DNA of 64,000 nt from contig NW_019029006.1 of assembly GCF_002105155.1 (NCBI RefSeq), positions 310,001 to 374,000 of the forward strand, read 5' to 3'. The notes under the pieces are model-generated. The model was not told the DNA's origin. It worked only from the letters and a program-made list of their open reading frames with translations, and made no database searches. Origin of the DNA: Lobosporangium transversale. Lineage: Eukaryota. The position numbers and the translations under genes are program-made. Each line of letters begins with the position of its first letter. Within the stretch, counting starts at the first letter, position 1. This document shows, in pieces, positions 1-12,474 of this stretch.

Positions 1-411
1 ATGATGTCTTCTATCTGTTTTTTTTTTTTTTTTTTTTTTTTCCCTCTGATGAATGCTATAATTAATGATGTGTAAGAGATTTCGTGAGCGAGTCAGGTTT
101 GTCAACCATATTGCCTAGATGCGAATAGGCAGGTGAAGCCCTGTATTCATCTGTTGAACCAAGAGGGTTTGCTTTGAGCATTCATACATTCAAAAATAAC
201 CTTATTTATAATTTAGAAATCTTGTGGTTCCTTACCTTCTCATGTACATTGCCATTTCCACATCGCGTGGTACAACCAGCCTGAGGATGAAGTTCATGTA
301 CACATGCACGTGCTGGGAGGCAAATGTGACTTGTTCTTGCAGACTCTTCTCTCTCAGGCTGTGTTTTTTCTAATTATCCGCTTTGATACTTAGCTCGAAA
401 AAGAAAACAAG

Positions 412-2222
412 ATGAAGCGGCTGGTGAGTGCTTTGGACCGGATGATTATTGTTCGTATTAGAATAATATGTAATCGAACAAAAATATTGACTTTGATCAC
501 TCTATCTCTTTTATCAGGGTCACCCTCTAAAAAAGCTCATCCAAGCATGAGTAGCGCAGATAGCACTGATATTCTTGTGGATGAGATTACAAAAGCAGGG
601 CTTGTAAGGAAAGGGATAGTGAATAATGACCCTGACATGTCGCCTCTCAACTTGAAAGAGAGGGTCAAGGTGCTTTCGTACATGGGGTAGGGATCAAGAG
701 CCAGTATTTACCACAACATTATCAGAGCGGCTCGCGAGCTCCGAAATTCTGGTGAAGGTATCAAGGATTCCAAAATATTGACTGCCCCTGAGGGTCGTAC
801 CTTCCCTGTTGCCGAAACACAGCATCTTTATATCAGAGAAGAATATAAAGAGCTTTATGACCATATTACAGCCAATTTCAATATCACTTATGAAACAGCT
901 TCTTTGAGCCGAATCTTTGTCACTAGAACACCTGGAGTTGGGAAGTCAGCCTTTCTGGTTTATTTTGCCATCCTCTAACCGAGCACGACGAAGAAAATCC
1001 ACCGATTATTATTTTCCATGAGAAGAAGAGTACTAGATGTTATGCCTACGGAGGAATAACTTGCCAACGCTATGGGGAGAGAGCAGAGCTCACTGATTTC
1101 CTTGAGCAGCCTGAAATGTGGTACATGTACTTAGTTGATAATGACGATAAGCCTCGACCAGATCAAGCCAGGACGGTATTTTCGGCGTCGCCTAGAACTC
1201 TTAACATCCAGTACGATGTCATAGTCAATGATACTATTCCCTCTAGCCATTATCATATGTCACCTTGGAGTCTTCCCGAGCCTCAAGCCTGTAGAGACCG
1301 TGTATAGTACTTCCATACAGTGATGATCCACTTTTGGAGGAGCTTTATTCCAAATTGGGAGGCGTGTCAAGATAGGTCCTGCAGGCTCCATCTGATTCAC
1401 TTCGTCGTGAACCAAACAATATCTCAAATGCCAAGAAGAGCGCGTTTCAGCGTGTCAGAGATACCATCAATGAGCTCGAGAAGCCAGCGGATCTTGTAAA
1501 CCTCTTACAAAAATGAATGTATCGAGTATCTATAGTGGCTGTCTATTACATAGATGGCCAACATGAAATGGAAATCTCCTTTGGTCGAATCAGAGATTAT
1601 CGAAGTTTTACAAAAGCAGACTTGGAGTGATGTGTTGGGGAAACTTGTCAGAAGTGATGATGACATAGCTAAAGGCCCATTGTTTGAAATCTATGTTCGT
1701 TACTCATTTCAACGTGGTGATATTAGATTTCCCTTCAAGGATCTCCAGTCAGGCCTAACAGGATTTCTTGATTTCCTTGCAAAGCCGAAAGTGGTGCTTA
1801 TCGGGGCTTCAGATGAGTTATCAGGGCTCACTCAAGCAACTGGTAAGTTGTTTCTACCATCAATTCCTAACTTTCCGTGCATCGATTTTGTGTTGGAACC
1901 CGATAAGCTATTTCAGGTCACAATATCAGAGGAGCATCCGATCATACAAGCACCATTCAAGGAGATAAATGATTATATTGCTGGACCCTGCTCGAAGATA
2001 AACCAATCAAAGTCGAAGGGAAGTGACAATGCCATTTTCCTCTATTTTGTGGTGCCAGGCTACAGATATGACGATTTTAAGGTTCAGAATTTTGTTATCA
2101 ACAATGGTCAGGATGCCAAGGCGCCACCTGGATATTTAAAACGTGTAAGACAGTGTGTCATAAAAATCGACACCGTTGCTACATATTCAGGAGGATCACC
2201 CGGTTCGAACATAAAGAAATGA
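412..2222 (+). pseudogene. Decayed Crinkler (CRN)-like P-loop NTPase + PD-(D/E)xK restriction-endonuclease-fold gene
   Basis: Collinear fragments read LYIREEYKELY, a Walker A-like IFVTRTPGVGKSAFLVYF, YLVD, MSPWSLPE and a C-terminal NFPCIDFV...LFQVTIS..HP nuclease-like motif. The frame is broken by an in-frame TAG at 688-690, a frameshift near 975, a TAG at 1305-1307 and further lesions. Confidence 0.7.
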
Positions 2223-2437
2223 ATCGAATACCAATCAAGTGGATGAAATTTTATCTTATAAAAAAAAGCATCATGTCCGTTCCTTGAGAATTTTTGTACA
2301 ATGGTTCATCCTTTATGAATGAACCCATCATTATCCACTTACCCTTTAGACGAATGGGATGATGTGGTTTAATCGACCTTCCCTTCTACTAGAGCATTTA
2401 GAACTTTTATAAAGCTTCCTGTGATCATCATGCGATC

Positions 2438-2776
2438 TTGTGTGCAAGAAAGGGCTTCATAGAACCTTATGATACTATCATCAAAGAGTTTTGTAAAAAC
2501 AGAGATGACGAAGAGTCCTGTGGAGAGCCCAGTGATGAGTCTGATGATGAGGCCCAAAATCATATTATTATCACCGGGACAGCCGGCATAGGAAATTATC
2601 CTTTCTCATATGCTTTGTCATCTGAATGCTTGCCACTTGCGGAAGACCCATCATTTATCATCATCCAGGGCGCCAGAACGTTTGACCGGGAGCTAGGATG
2701 GCAGCTCCGCTCTAAAGATATAAATGCCGTTCTGGCCCCATGGTTCGTGTACGGGATGACAACCTGCGACCAATGA
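2438..2776 (+). pseudogene. Second degenerate CRN-like NTPase N-terminal fragment
   Basis: IIITGTAGIG resembles the GTPGIGKS Walker A. It is preceded by a helix like that in the first relic, and similarity is lost after the motif. Confidence 0.45.
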
Positions 2777-3658
2777 GATCATATTTGCCGTATGTTCGGC
2801 CAATTAAGTGTCAATATGTGAAGGCGGTGTGTTTTGAATCTCTAGGCGTTCAGGGACATGGAATAAAAAAAATATCAATTTAGCCAAGGGTGCTACGCAC
2901 TTGACCAGTAAAATGTGTGTACTATACCGGATTGTGTTGTCAATATGTCAATAGTTCTCGACATATTAATACCACATGCTGTTGAGGGCATCATTCTCAC
3001 CAGAATCAGTCCCTACCACATCAATTACCTTGGGAGCCATGCTGGACGGACGGGGAGTTAGAAGGAAAACGCCCTTGATGTCTGGGATGTCCACGCTTGT
3101 TCCAGGGTTTGAAATGATGTTCCAGGGAGGATAGAGCGTGTTCGATCCAGAGACAGTCAAGTTCAGCGGTGGGAGTGGTACTATGGTACGCGTATGTCGT
3201 TGAATGAACTTGGCTACATCGTCAGGACTGAAGACAATTTGGAATCGCAACTGTAAATAAAGTCTGTTGAAGAGATCACAAGGGGGTTCTTGTTTGCTTT
3301 ACTAACAAAGCGTGAGGCGACACTTTCACTATGCTCATTCATCGCCTCACAATTATTTCAAGGATGATCACTTTATTTTTGATCTTCTATTGTTTATTGA
3401 AGGTGTAGAAAAATAAATATATACTCTGATATCTGTCTGTTCTGGAACCAGATGGAGCTTTTGATCCAAATGGCTGTATGGAGCAATGTAACTTTTACTT
3501 CACAGGATATCTGACACACAGTATCCTACTTGCCGTTAAGCAGTTTGAACGTCTATCTCATCTCTGAGCCAATATGGACTTCCACGCTAGAGCAAGTGAA
3601 GGGAAAGAGGAGTACAAGCTGCTCATATAAATCTAACTGAGCCAAAAAAGGATGGGAT

Positions 3659-4003
3659 CTAGACCGTAATGTCTTTAATGCTGGGAGAAGAGTAGGTGTC
3701 GAGTTGTCTTTTGCCCATACGAAGGAGATACTCGATAGTGGAAAAATCTCGCTGTTTCACGTCAGAGTGCTTCCTGAACTGCATCCTAATAAAAGTCTGG
3801 AAGTGTGGCCGGCTCGTCTGGCATGACCGATCATATCATGTATCGTAATTAATTAGTAGATAAGGAATTAATAATGGGAAAAGAGAGGTTGACAAAGAAG
3901 CGAGCTTTACCTCTGGCTTCAGTCTAACAGCTCGAAAGCACTGGCGGTAGAGGTTGATGACTTCTTGCTGTAATCCTGATCGACGCACCGGGACTGAAGA
4001 CAT
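3659..4003 (-). CDS. SDH6: LYR-motif succinate dehydrogenase assembly factor 1 (2 exons: 4003-3911, 3817-3659)
   Basis: The spliced product MSSVPVRRSGLQQEVINLYRQCFRAVRLKPE/TSRPHFQTFIRMQFRKHSDVKQRDFSTIEYLLRMGKRQLDTYSSPSIKDITV carries the SGLQ..V..LYR and DF..IEYLLR.G signatures. The intron is GT-AG. Confidence 0.9.
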
Positions 4004-4068
4004 GGTGAATATTGCTACCAATGAACAGAGATGAAATGGAGCCTTATATAATTAGATTGTTGTGACTG

Positions 4069-4106
<38 letters not shown>

Positions 4107-4145
4107 AAAAAGATCTTTTTCAACAGTATTAAAAAACTTGCAACC

Positions 4146-6940
4146 ATGAATGGAGCTTCTGGAAACAGTGGTGATGATGCAAACGAGGTTTTAAGGGCAA
4201 TCGCCGAAAAATACCATTCTTCTGCAAACACATGGGCATCTCCTGAGATCGGCACATCCTACAACCCGCAGGAACAAGAAGGCTCATGGCAAGGGAATGG
4301 TGAAGAAGAGGATCCTTGTGGTCCTGGTATACCTGGATCCTCTGGAGATCAAAGTCACCAAGCAAAGCTGAAGAAAAAGGGTGGTCCATTACTATACCCC
4401 AGACATCTCCTAGCAAAACCAAAGTATCGCCTTGCGGCTAAAGTATACCAAGGAACCAAGTGGGCAGCTGCAGGAATGAGACGGGGTTTACCCCCTGTTA
4501 AAAAACAACACAAAGAAAAGAAGAGATTACTAGAATTTGAAAGACGGATTTTCTCTCACATGCGAAGTGCTACACTTCCAGAGAAAGCAATCCAGGCATC
4601 GATCTTTAAACAGCCAATTAATAGCCAAGCGAAACTTCGGAGGAAACGACCACGATTTGTATGCGAGTTAAATAGGACGGAATCTTCTAGAAATCCCAAC
4701 AATCCATTCCAGGATACATCAGATTCTGAGCTGGATGAGATTGAAAGTGAGCTGGAGTTGGAGCAAGAGTACTTGAAACAGATCAAAGAAGGTCAGGAAC
4801 CAAAACTACAACTCGAACAAGATGGCGATGTTTGTTTTTATTGTGGCGCTTTAACCCCTTATGAAATGCGGAAAACCACGCCCTATCCCGCGTTTTATCA
4901 ATGTGCCAAATGTCGGCAATCACAGATGGAAACTGTACTTTCTAAAGAAGCTATCGATGCGCATATAAAGGAACTACAGGTGCTTGAAGGCAACATTCGA
5001 TTGACCAATAATGGTTGGTATGCGGAGGAACCAACCCTGCTCAGAAGCCAAAGTCCAATGAAGTCTGAAAGCGAGTACATGCAATTAGCAGAAGCAAAAC
5101 AGACATTACAATCAGAGCTGTATGACTCAAGGTGGGATAGCATCGTGGAAAATACGAACCGAGGGCCCTCACGCTGGAAAGTCAAAGGACTAACGCAGGC
5201 AGAACAGTATGCAAAATACTGGTCCAAAGGACGGGCGTTAGTGGCGGGCGGGATGGCGTGGACTGTGGAAGAAGGGAATTTGTTCTTTCAAGGGCTACGG
5301 AGATTTGGAAAACACAATGTTTGGGCAATTCAGGAACACATCAGAAGTAGATCATTAGCAGAAGTCGTGGCCATGATTCAGACGATGGAAATGGAACTAG
5401 CGAGACGCAAACACTTTGGATTGGAAATGATAGGGCTTGATGCTATGCCCATGGCGGAAGAAGCGGACGAAAATCAAATCGACATTGAGGAGAGATGTGC
5501 AGCCATCTTGATAGACAGAGAATCTAGGCGAAGTTGGCAGGAATCCAAAAAAGCGACATCTGAATCTAAACCTGAAGTCGTCCAAAAAATTGGCCTATTC
5601 AATTTGCGCACACTTACGGATCTCTCCTCACGACTGTATATACAAAATGAGGGTGCAGGAATAGAGCGTGAAGTAGCTATCGTTCTTTATGATGCTGTTA
5701 AACAATGGCTTACGCCTGTGATGAAAGAGCTTGTAACGCTACATCATGAGCGGCATCGTGTGAATCTTTTGCTGAACAAGGTAAAAAAAAAAGAAAAGAA
5801 AAAAAAAGACTTGCACAATTGCTCTTTTACTGACTTAGTCTTTCTTTTTTCTTTTTTTCTCCGAAGGAAGCACGCCGAACTGAGATTCGAGCAATAGGGG
5901 AAATGGATGTTATCCGTACACTCTACGCTCAGCAAAAGGCTCTCGGTAGTTTTGAGTTCTTTGAATCCATGCCTGAACGCAACAAATTCTTACTCTATGA
6001 TGACCGTCCTGAATTCATTCGCAGTCAAAGGCGACGGCTTAGATCTGTCAATCCTAATTTTGTTGCAGATGGACTTGGGAAGAAGTATTATCTAAATGAA
6101 GAGGTAGACCTAGCAAAGGCTTTAGCTCCTGATTCCGATCAAGATGTTGAAACCGATGATGGGGTTTCTGCAGAAGAGCAGGCTGAAGTTGAGTTGGAAG
6201 CTCCGCATGCAGTCGTTCGAGAATCTCTGCTGCATTCTCCGAATTCTTTAACCAATGTCTACTCGCAAGAGAAGTCGGAACTTCGTCACTGGGATACCTT
6301 TTGGTCTACAACGGCTCGGAATGCTCGTCAAGTGACACCTTCCGAGCGAAAGCGGTATAGGTTCCGTGAAACACATCCCCTTGTACCAGTGCCCATGGAT
6401 TTCGACACCTGGCAGGAGGGCGTGCAGCGACTAGCAGCCAACAGTCATGCATTACCAATGGCCGTTGCAACTGATGCTGGTCTATCGACCGTAGATACTG
6501 CGTACGACGCTCCTGTTCAGAGTATGAACAAAACTAAGCGAACCTTTGAACAGTCATTGTACTTTGAGAAAAAAGGTTACGTAGAGAAGCACAAACCACA
6601 CGACGTAAAATTCGCCCGCGTGGAAAAATACGCGGAGCGTATGGCGGAGAAGGCGAGAACAGTTCCAGTCCGACCTCTAGAAACATATTCACCGGGATAT
6701 GGAGTCTTACCAAAAAACACCTCCTTCATGTATGATGCAACCAGGACACCACCAAAGAATGGATATGGTCTAGGAGAGAGGAATGTTGGAGGTTTATGGT
6801 TTAAAGATAAGAAATCGAACGGGTATATCACGGTCTCTGACAGTGAGGATGAAGAAGAAGAAGAAAGAGGCTGGCAGCGCCAGATGCAAGCAGACCTCCA
6901 GATCGAACAAGCCTCCTCCAATCATGGTGTTGGTGAATAA
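4146..6940 (+). CDS. RRN5: Myb/SANT-domain protein, RNA polymerase I UAF subunit Rrn5-like (intron ~5781-5867)
   Basis: WTVEEGNLFFQGLRRFGKHNVWAIQEHIRSRSLAEV followed by MPMAEE matches the Rrn5-type SANT repeat. Two long ORFs are joined by a GT-AG intron. Confidence 0.6.
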
Positions 6941-7109
6941 ATTTGCATGCAACTCTGCTCTGTAAAATATAGTGATTTATGATAATTGTATTGGGACTAT
7001 CACGTGGAGGGATGACGTAGACGGTTGGTCAATTGGCAGGGAAGTGGTATACATTCACCTCCCTCATCACACCCGTTTCTAATCCAAACACACACCCAAC
7101 ACATACATC

Positions 7110-8289
7110 ATGTTCGCCCTCCGTACCATTCGTGCTCCTTTGGCCCGCGCTACTCTCCGCACTGCCCCTGTTGCTCGCTTTTCTGCCCTCTCTGTCCGCT
7201 TCGGTGAGTGGATCGACTGATCCATTAGTTGCTCTCTTGATCGGCTTGACGGATTTTTCTATGTCACCTTCGATCCATGAATACGATAATATAAAGGGCT
7301 ATTTTCTAGTATAATCAGTGATCAATCAACATACATCGACCTCAGAATCCTTGATTCCGACACCTTTCGTAATATCAGTTAATATACACTTTTTGTGTTT
7401 ACCTTAAACTCAAATTCCGAAATGCCGCGAAACTCCTGGATAGTTTGCTTGTCAGTATTAGTTTTGCTGTCTTCTGCAGTATTTTATTTCATGGATCACG
7501 CCATTGAGGTTGGACTTCCCGCCATGGATTCTGAGGAATGGAATTGGGGGCTAATTCTTGACACATCACACATCGGAGGAATCCTCCGGAAAAGAAGTGC
7601 CTCGGTTTCTGAGTTGACATAGAAAATCAGAGCATTCACATCGTATTAAGTGCGCGTTGAATTATCTTTTTTTATTTTTTTATTTTTTATTTTATTTTAT
7701 TTTTTTCTAACCCTTATCCTACAGCTTCAGTATGCTACACTCAATTTTTTTTATGCGACTTGCTTCTAACTGCGTTGGTATCTCGGTTCTATAGGCGGAA
7801 ACCATGAGACTAAGATCATGCAGGGACCTGGTGCTGCTCCTGGTGGCACTCCCACTGATTTGGACCAGTCGACTGGTTTGGAGCGTGCTGAGTTGTTGGG
7901 GAAGATGCAGGGCAAGGATATTTTCGACCTTTCTCCTCTTGAAATTACCGTCCGCGGTACCAAGGCAAACCCCACCATTATCCGCTCTCGTGACCCCGTC
8001 CGCTACGTTGGATGCACCGGTATGTAGCGCCGGAGACTTGATACATTGCAAAATATTTTATCTGTGTTTTCTGTGGGCGTAAAATGTTTGCTTGCTCATT
8101 AACAAAATCATGCCGATGTCTAAAATAGGTGTTCCCGGTGAGACACACGAGGTGAGCTGGCTCGTTATTGATCAGACCCATGAGTTTGACCGTTGTGACC
8201 AGTGCGGTAATGTCTACAAGTGGTCTGCTTACGAGTCTGATGAGAACTTCCCTATTCCTGCCGACAAAGCCCATAACCACCACCACTAA
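7110..8289 (+). CDS. COX4: Cytochrome c oxidase subunit Vb / yeast Cox4 (3 exons)
   Basis: Arg-rich presequence MFALRTIRAPLARATLR, then PTDLDQSTGLERAEL, RYVGCTG and RCDQCGNVYK zinc ligands. Confidence 0.95.
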
Positions 8290-8603
8290 AAACGGAGACT
8301 AGAGATATAAAAAGAAGGACATAAATTGGTTGACCAGAGGCGTAAGAGCCAAAAAGAAACGTAGAAAGGGTTTTTTGTTTTCAATATTAAATATTATTAC
8401 CATTGTTAACATGGCAGTATCCTTTCATATAATATTAAATGGATAAGGAAATTGACCAGATAGATTTATAAATATGCTAATGAGGGCTTTAGAATCTCAC
8501 ACAAATGGCATGTCAAGACTATGCTTGCAATTATGAAGTGGGAGATGGAAATAGCAACATGTTGCCTTCATCCTCCTATCACTTTTTTTCTTTGCTTCTC
8601 GCT

Positions 8604-8634
<31 letters not shown>

Positions 8635-8656
8635 CCTTCCCTCTGTCAAATCACTC

Positions 8657-11491
8657 ATGTTGCGAGCAGGCACCATTTCACTTCGCAATTTGTCATTAGC
8701 TCAGGCACACCTTGGTCATGATGCAACATCATTGCCCTTGCGTTATTTGATGACTAGCGCAGCTTTCCCACGCGTGAAGCGATCATCTCAGCCCATATCC
8801 ACGCTGTCTAGGACCGCACTCCGCTTTTCTGACGAGGTTCATTCTGCTCTCGAGTCCAAGAAACCATTGGTGGCTTTAGAGAGCACTATTATTTCACATG
8901 GGATGCCATATCCGCAAAATTACGAGACCGCGGTCGAAGTGGAAAAAATTGTTCGCGATAACGGCGCTGTCCCTGCGACCATTGCCATCATAGATGGGCA
9001 AATCCAGATCGGTCTCTCCCAGGACCAAATCCGCATTCTGGCTAAGTTGGGGAGAAGTGCTGTCAAGGCTTCACGGCGTGATCTAGCAGTAGTTCTGGCT
9101 AAGGTAAGATGTGTAGCATGTAATATAACGCATTTAGTTTTGATTATGTATGAGACTTGAACTGATATTTTGTTTATAATTGCCAACGGGCCATTAGAAA
9201 CAAACAGGTGCCACCACAGTCTCCGCGACAATGCTTCTAGCCCATCGTGCTGGGATCTCTGTGTTTGCGACAGGAGGGATTGGAGGTGTTCATCGAGGAT
9301 ATGAGAATAGTATGGAGTAGATGGATACGCAAACCTTTTATATCTTGTCTCTTTTTTCCCTCACCTCAGGTTCCCAGCAACCCGTTGTTTCTCTTACTGA
9401 TGCATTTTTCTGTTTCGTTCTCTTCCCTGTTTTTTTTTATTTTTTTTTTTTATTTTTTTTTAATTTTTTTATTGGCGATCATCATTTCATTAACAGCGAT
9501 GGACGCCAGTGCTGATCTGACTGAGTTAGGCAGAACCCCTGTGGCGGTTGTTTGTGCAGGGGTGAAGTCGATTTTAGATATTGGCAGGACGTTAGAATTT
9601 TTGGAGACACAAGGTGTCACCGTGGCTACATTTGGCAACACTTCAGACTTTCCTGCTTTCTTTACACGAACCAGTGGATTCAAAGTAAGGATTCAATCAA
9701 GGGTCGTCAAACCAGAAAAAGCTTTTTGTGTTACTACAAGTACCCACTTGGTATTATAGTTATGTTAAACATCATGAAAATTTATATACAGAGTATGTTG
9801 AACGTCAAGACACCCAGAGAAGCTGCTGAAATAATAGGTAATGACATAGCTAGAATAAAGAGTACAGCACTCTTTAAATCAATGACCTTGTAAAGGAGTC
9901 CCGGAGTTAATGCAACCACTATTACTCTTTACCTGGAATCCAGCCGCCAACCATGCAATAGATCTTCAAAGTGGGATTGTTTTTGGAGTGCCTATTCCCG
10001 AGGTAGATGCTATGGATGACGCTTTGGTGGGGAAGGCCATCGATATTGCTGTCAAGGAAGCTCAGTAACGTGCATTTAACGACATTAATATCCTCTACTA
10101 TTAATCAAATTAATACAATGGTATATTAACGCTTTTTTTTTTTTTTTTTTTTTTTTTGCTAGTGAGCAAAATATTTTTGGTAAGGAGAGCACTCCTTTCC
10201 TGCTCAAGCGCGTCAATGAACTGACTGGAGGAGGCTCTCTCAAGTCCAGTAAGAAAAAATGATTAATTCGTGATCTATTGTACATTGATCTGATCACGAG
10301 ATAGAGATGACCAATTCTTTGCCTACATCATAGATATCGCCTTGGTCAAGCAAAACGTGTCTGTAGCAGCGAGGATTGCAAAGGATCTCTCAACTCTGGT
10401 AAGTAGCCAATGTTAATGCGTTATTGAGTTTATAATATCGATATTGTACTTTTTTTTTTTTTTTTTTGAATACTTTGATGGCCTAAAAGTGTTCTAAATA
10501 TTAGAAAGCGCATTCTGTCGGTCAAACAAGATCCTTCTCCACATCTTCTCGATACATGAGACGTAATGAGAGCATCCAGAGACCTGTAAGCCTCTTCTAT
10601 TAGCTATACAGTCAAATTTGACACAATGAAAGTGCCATCAAATGGAGCTGGCTATGTTGTGGAAGACAATAAACAACCATAATCTCTACTTAAAACAATT
10701 CCGGATATCTCTTTTGTTTATTTTTCTGTAATTTATTTTCTAGACTATGGTTATTGGCGGTGCTGTTGTTGATATAACAGCGACTGCCCACAATACTATG
10801 TTAGATTCTATGCTTAACAGTTCATTCCCTGGGGTGACTCGGATCTCATTAGGGGGTGTTGGACGGAATGTTGCTGAGGGTATTTCCAGGCTCGACCCCA
10901 GTGGCTGCGTCTTTGTATCTGCCGTTGGAGGAGCCACTATACATTGGTCAAAAAAAGAGGATTCAGATGGACCCATTGCAAGACTTGAAGCCACAGATGA
11001 CTTATTTGGATCCTGGCTTATTCAAGAACTAGGCCATAGGGGCCAGGTATTGTGGTTAGAGCGTAACATTGACCATTTTGCTATCATCATAGTCCCAGTA
11101 CGAAAACATAAAGAGATTAACAAGAGCTCCCTACCTATTTTTTCTACCTTGCTGCGATAGCACAAACATGAAATCATTACTGTCCCTGGATCAAGAACAG
11201 CTACTTACACTGCACTACATGACGCGACTGGAAATCTCCTGTCTGCTGTAGCAGACATGGATGTTTTTGAACTTTTGCCTTCAGTCAAAGTAAAGGAAGC
11301 GATCATCAAGCATAATCCAAAAGTTGTTTGCTTTGATGCCAATCTCTCTGTTGAGTGTATACGGACTATTCTTGAAACGTGCCATAAATGTGATATTAAA
11401 AGTAAAGTTTTTTCCCCTCTTCTTGAGCAGGCTGGGATGCAGTAAAGTAACTATAGGCATCAAATATGACAAAAGCGTTGTTTTATTAAAC

Positions 11492-11584
<93 letters not shown>

Positions 11585-12103
11585 CTTTCTTTGAACCAAC
11601 CTCGGTTGCCAAGTGCATACGGCCTCTACATTTGTCAATGTTTGATACTCTGCTTGATGGTGCACTACGATTCGCAAGCCCTAATGAGTATGAGTTGCAG
11701 GAAATGGCTGCCAGTGCTCGAAATCTCATCAATGAGAATCAGAATTACGCACCTTTCAGAAGACTAAGCCAAAAGCCCATTAGGAAGCCTGAAGGTATCA
11801 AGAATACAGTATATCCAGGATTTTTACTGGATGCCTTCTATGTGTTACAGTTCATTCCTACATTATTTGTCAAGTTGGGAGCCAAAGGTGTTATAGTCTT
11901 TCAGAGGCAAGATTCACAGCTAGACCGAGCTTCAAAGGAACTAGAGGACTGGAGCACGAGGACAATTAATACAAGATCTTTCCCATCGCTCAAAGTACAG
12001 GATATTAAAAGTGTTACGGGCGCAGGCGATAGGTAAATTTCTATCCACTCTGCTGTAGGATGCTTACATACTTTTATTTTATGCGTTTAATTTACTCGTA
12101 CCC

Positions 12104-12134
<31 letters not shown>

Positions 12135-12366
12135 AAGCTTTGTAGCATCTGTGGTTACAAGTTTGAGCAATCTGGACAGGTTTCAGCCCGAGATATCCTC
12201 GGGACTTGTCACCAGCCACGACGAGGTACTCTGGGCCCATATAGAACAGATCGTTGAAGATGGACAAATTGCAGCGACATTGACCATGCAGACACATGAA
12301 ACTGTCGCTCATGCGCTAGGCATGAGTCGACAAGCTAGACGTCTTCAAGCGCTAACATCGAAATAG
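8657..12366 (+). CDS. Pseudouridine-5'-phosphate glycosidase (PsuG/IndA) fused to PfkB-family pseudouridine kinase, multi-exon
   Basis: PsuG motifs [38 protein letters not shown] and [12 protein letters not shown], then PfkB motifs [22 protein letters not shown] and VTGAGD. Confidence 0.93.
11494..11550. repeat. (CT)n microsatellite in an intron
   Basis: Direct reading of the sequence. Confidence 0.9.
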
Positions 12367-12474
12367 ACATATCCATTAAGAAAGAAGCCTACTAAGACTT
12401 CGCATGCGTTAAATCGTGATAGAAAGAAATAAATACAAACGCCCATGTTTCTTCAATAATATCAAGTAGACTAT

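Noticed and set aside
290..325. HVHMHVLGG resembling a HIT-family histidine triad
   Set aside because: No surrounding HIT domain. A CRN header remnant or chance match is more likely.
2966..3250. 94-aa minus-strand ORF of ordinary composition
   Set aside because: No ATG start and no recognisable domain. It may be a gene fragment but cannot be supported.
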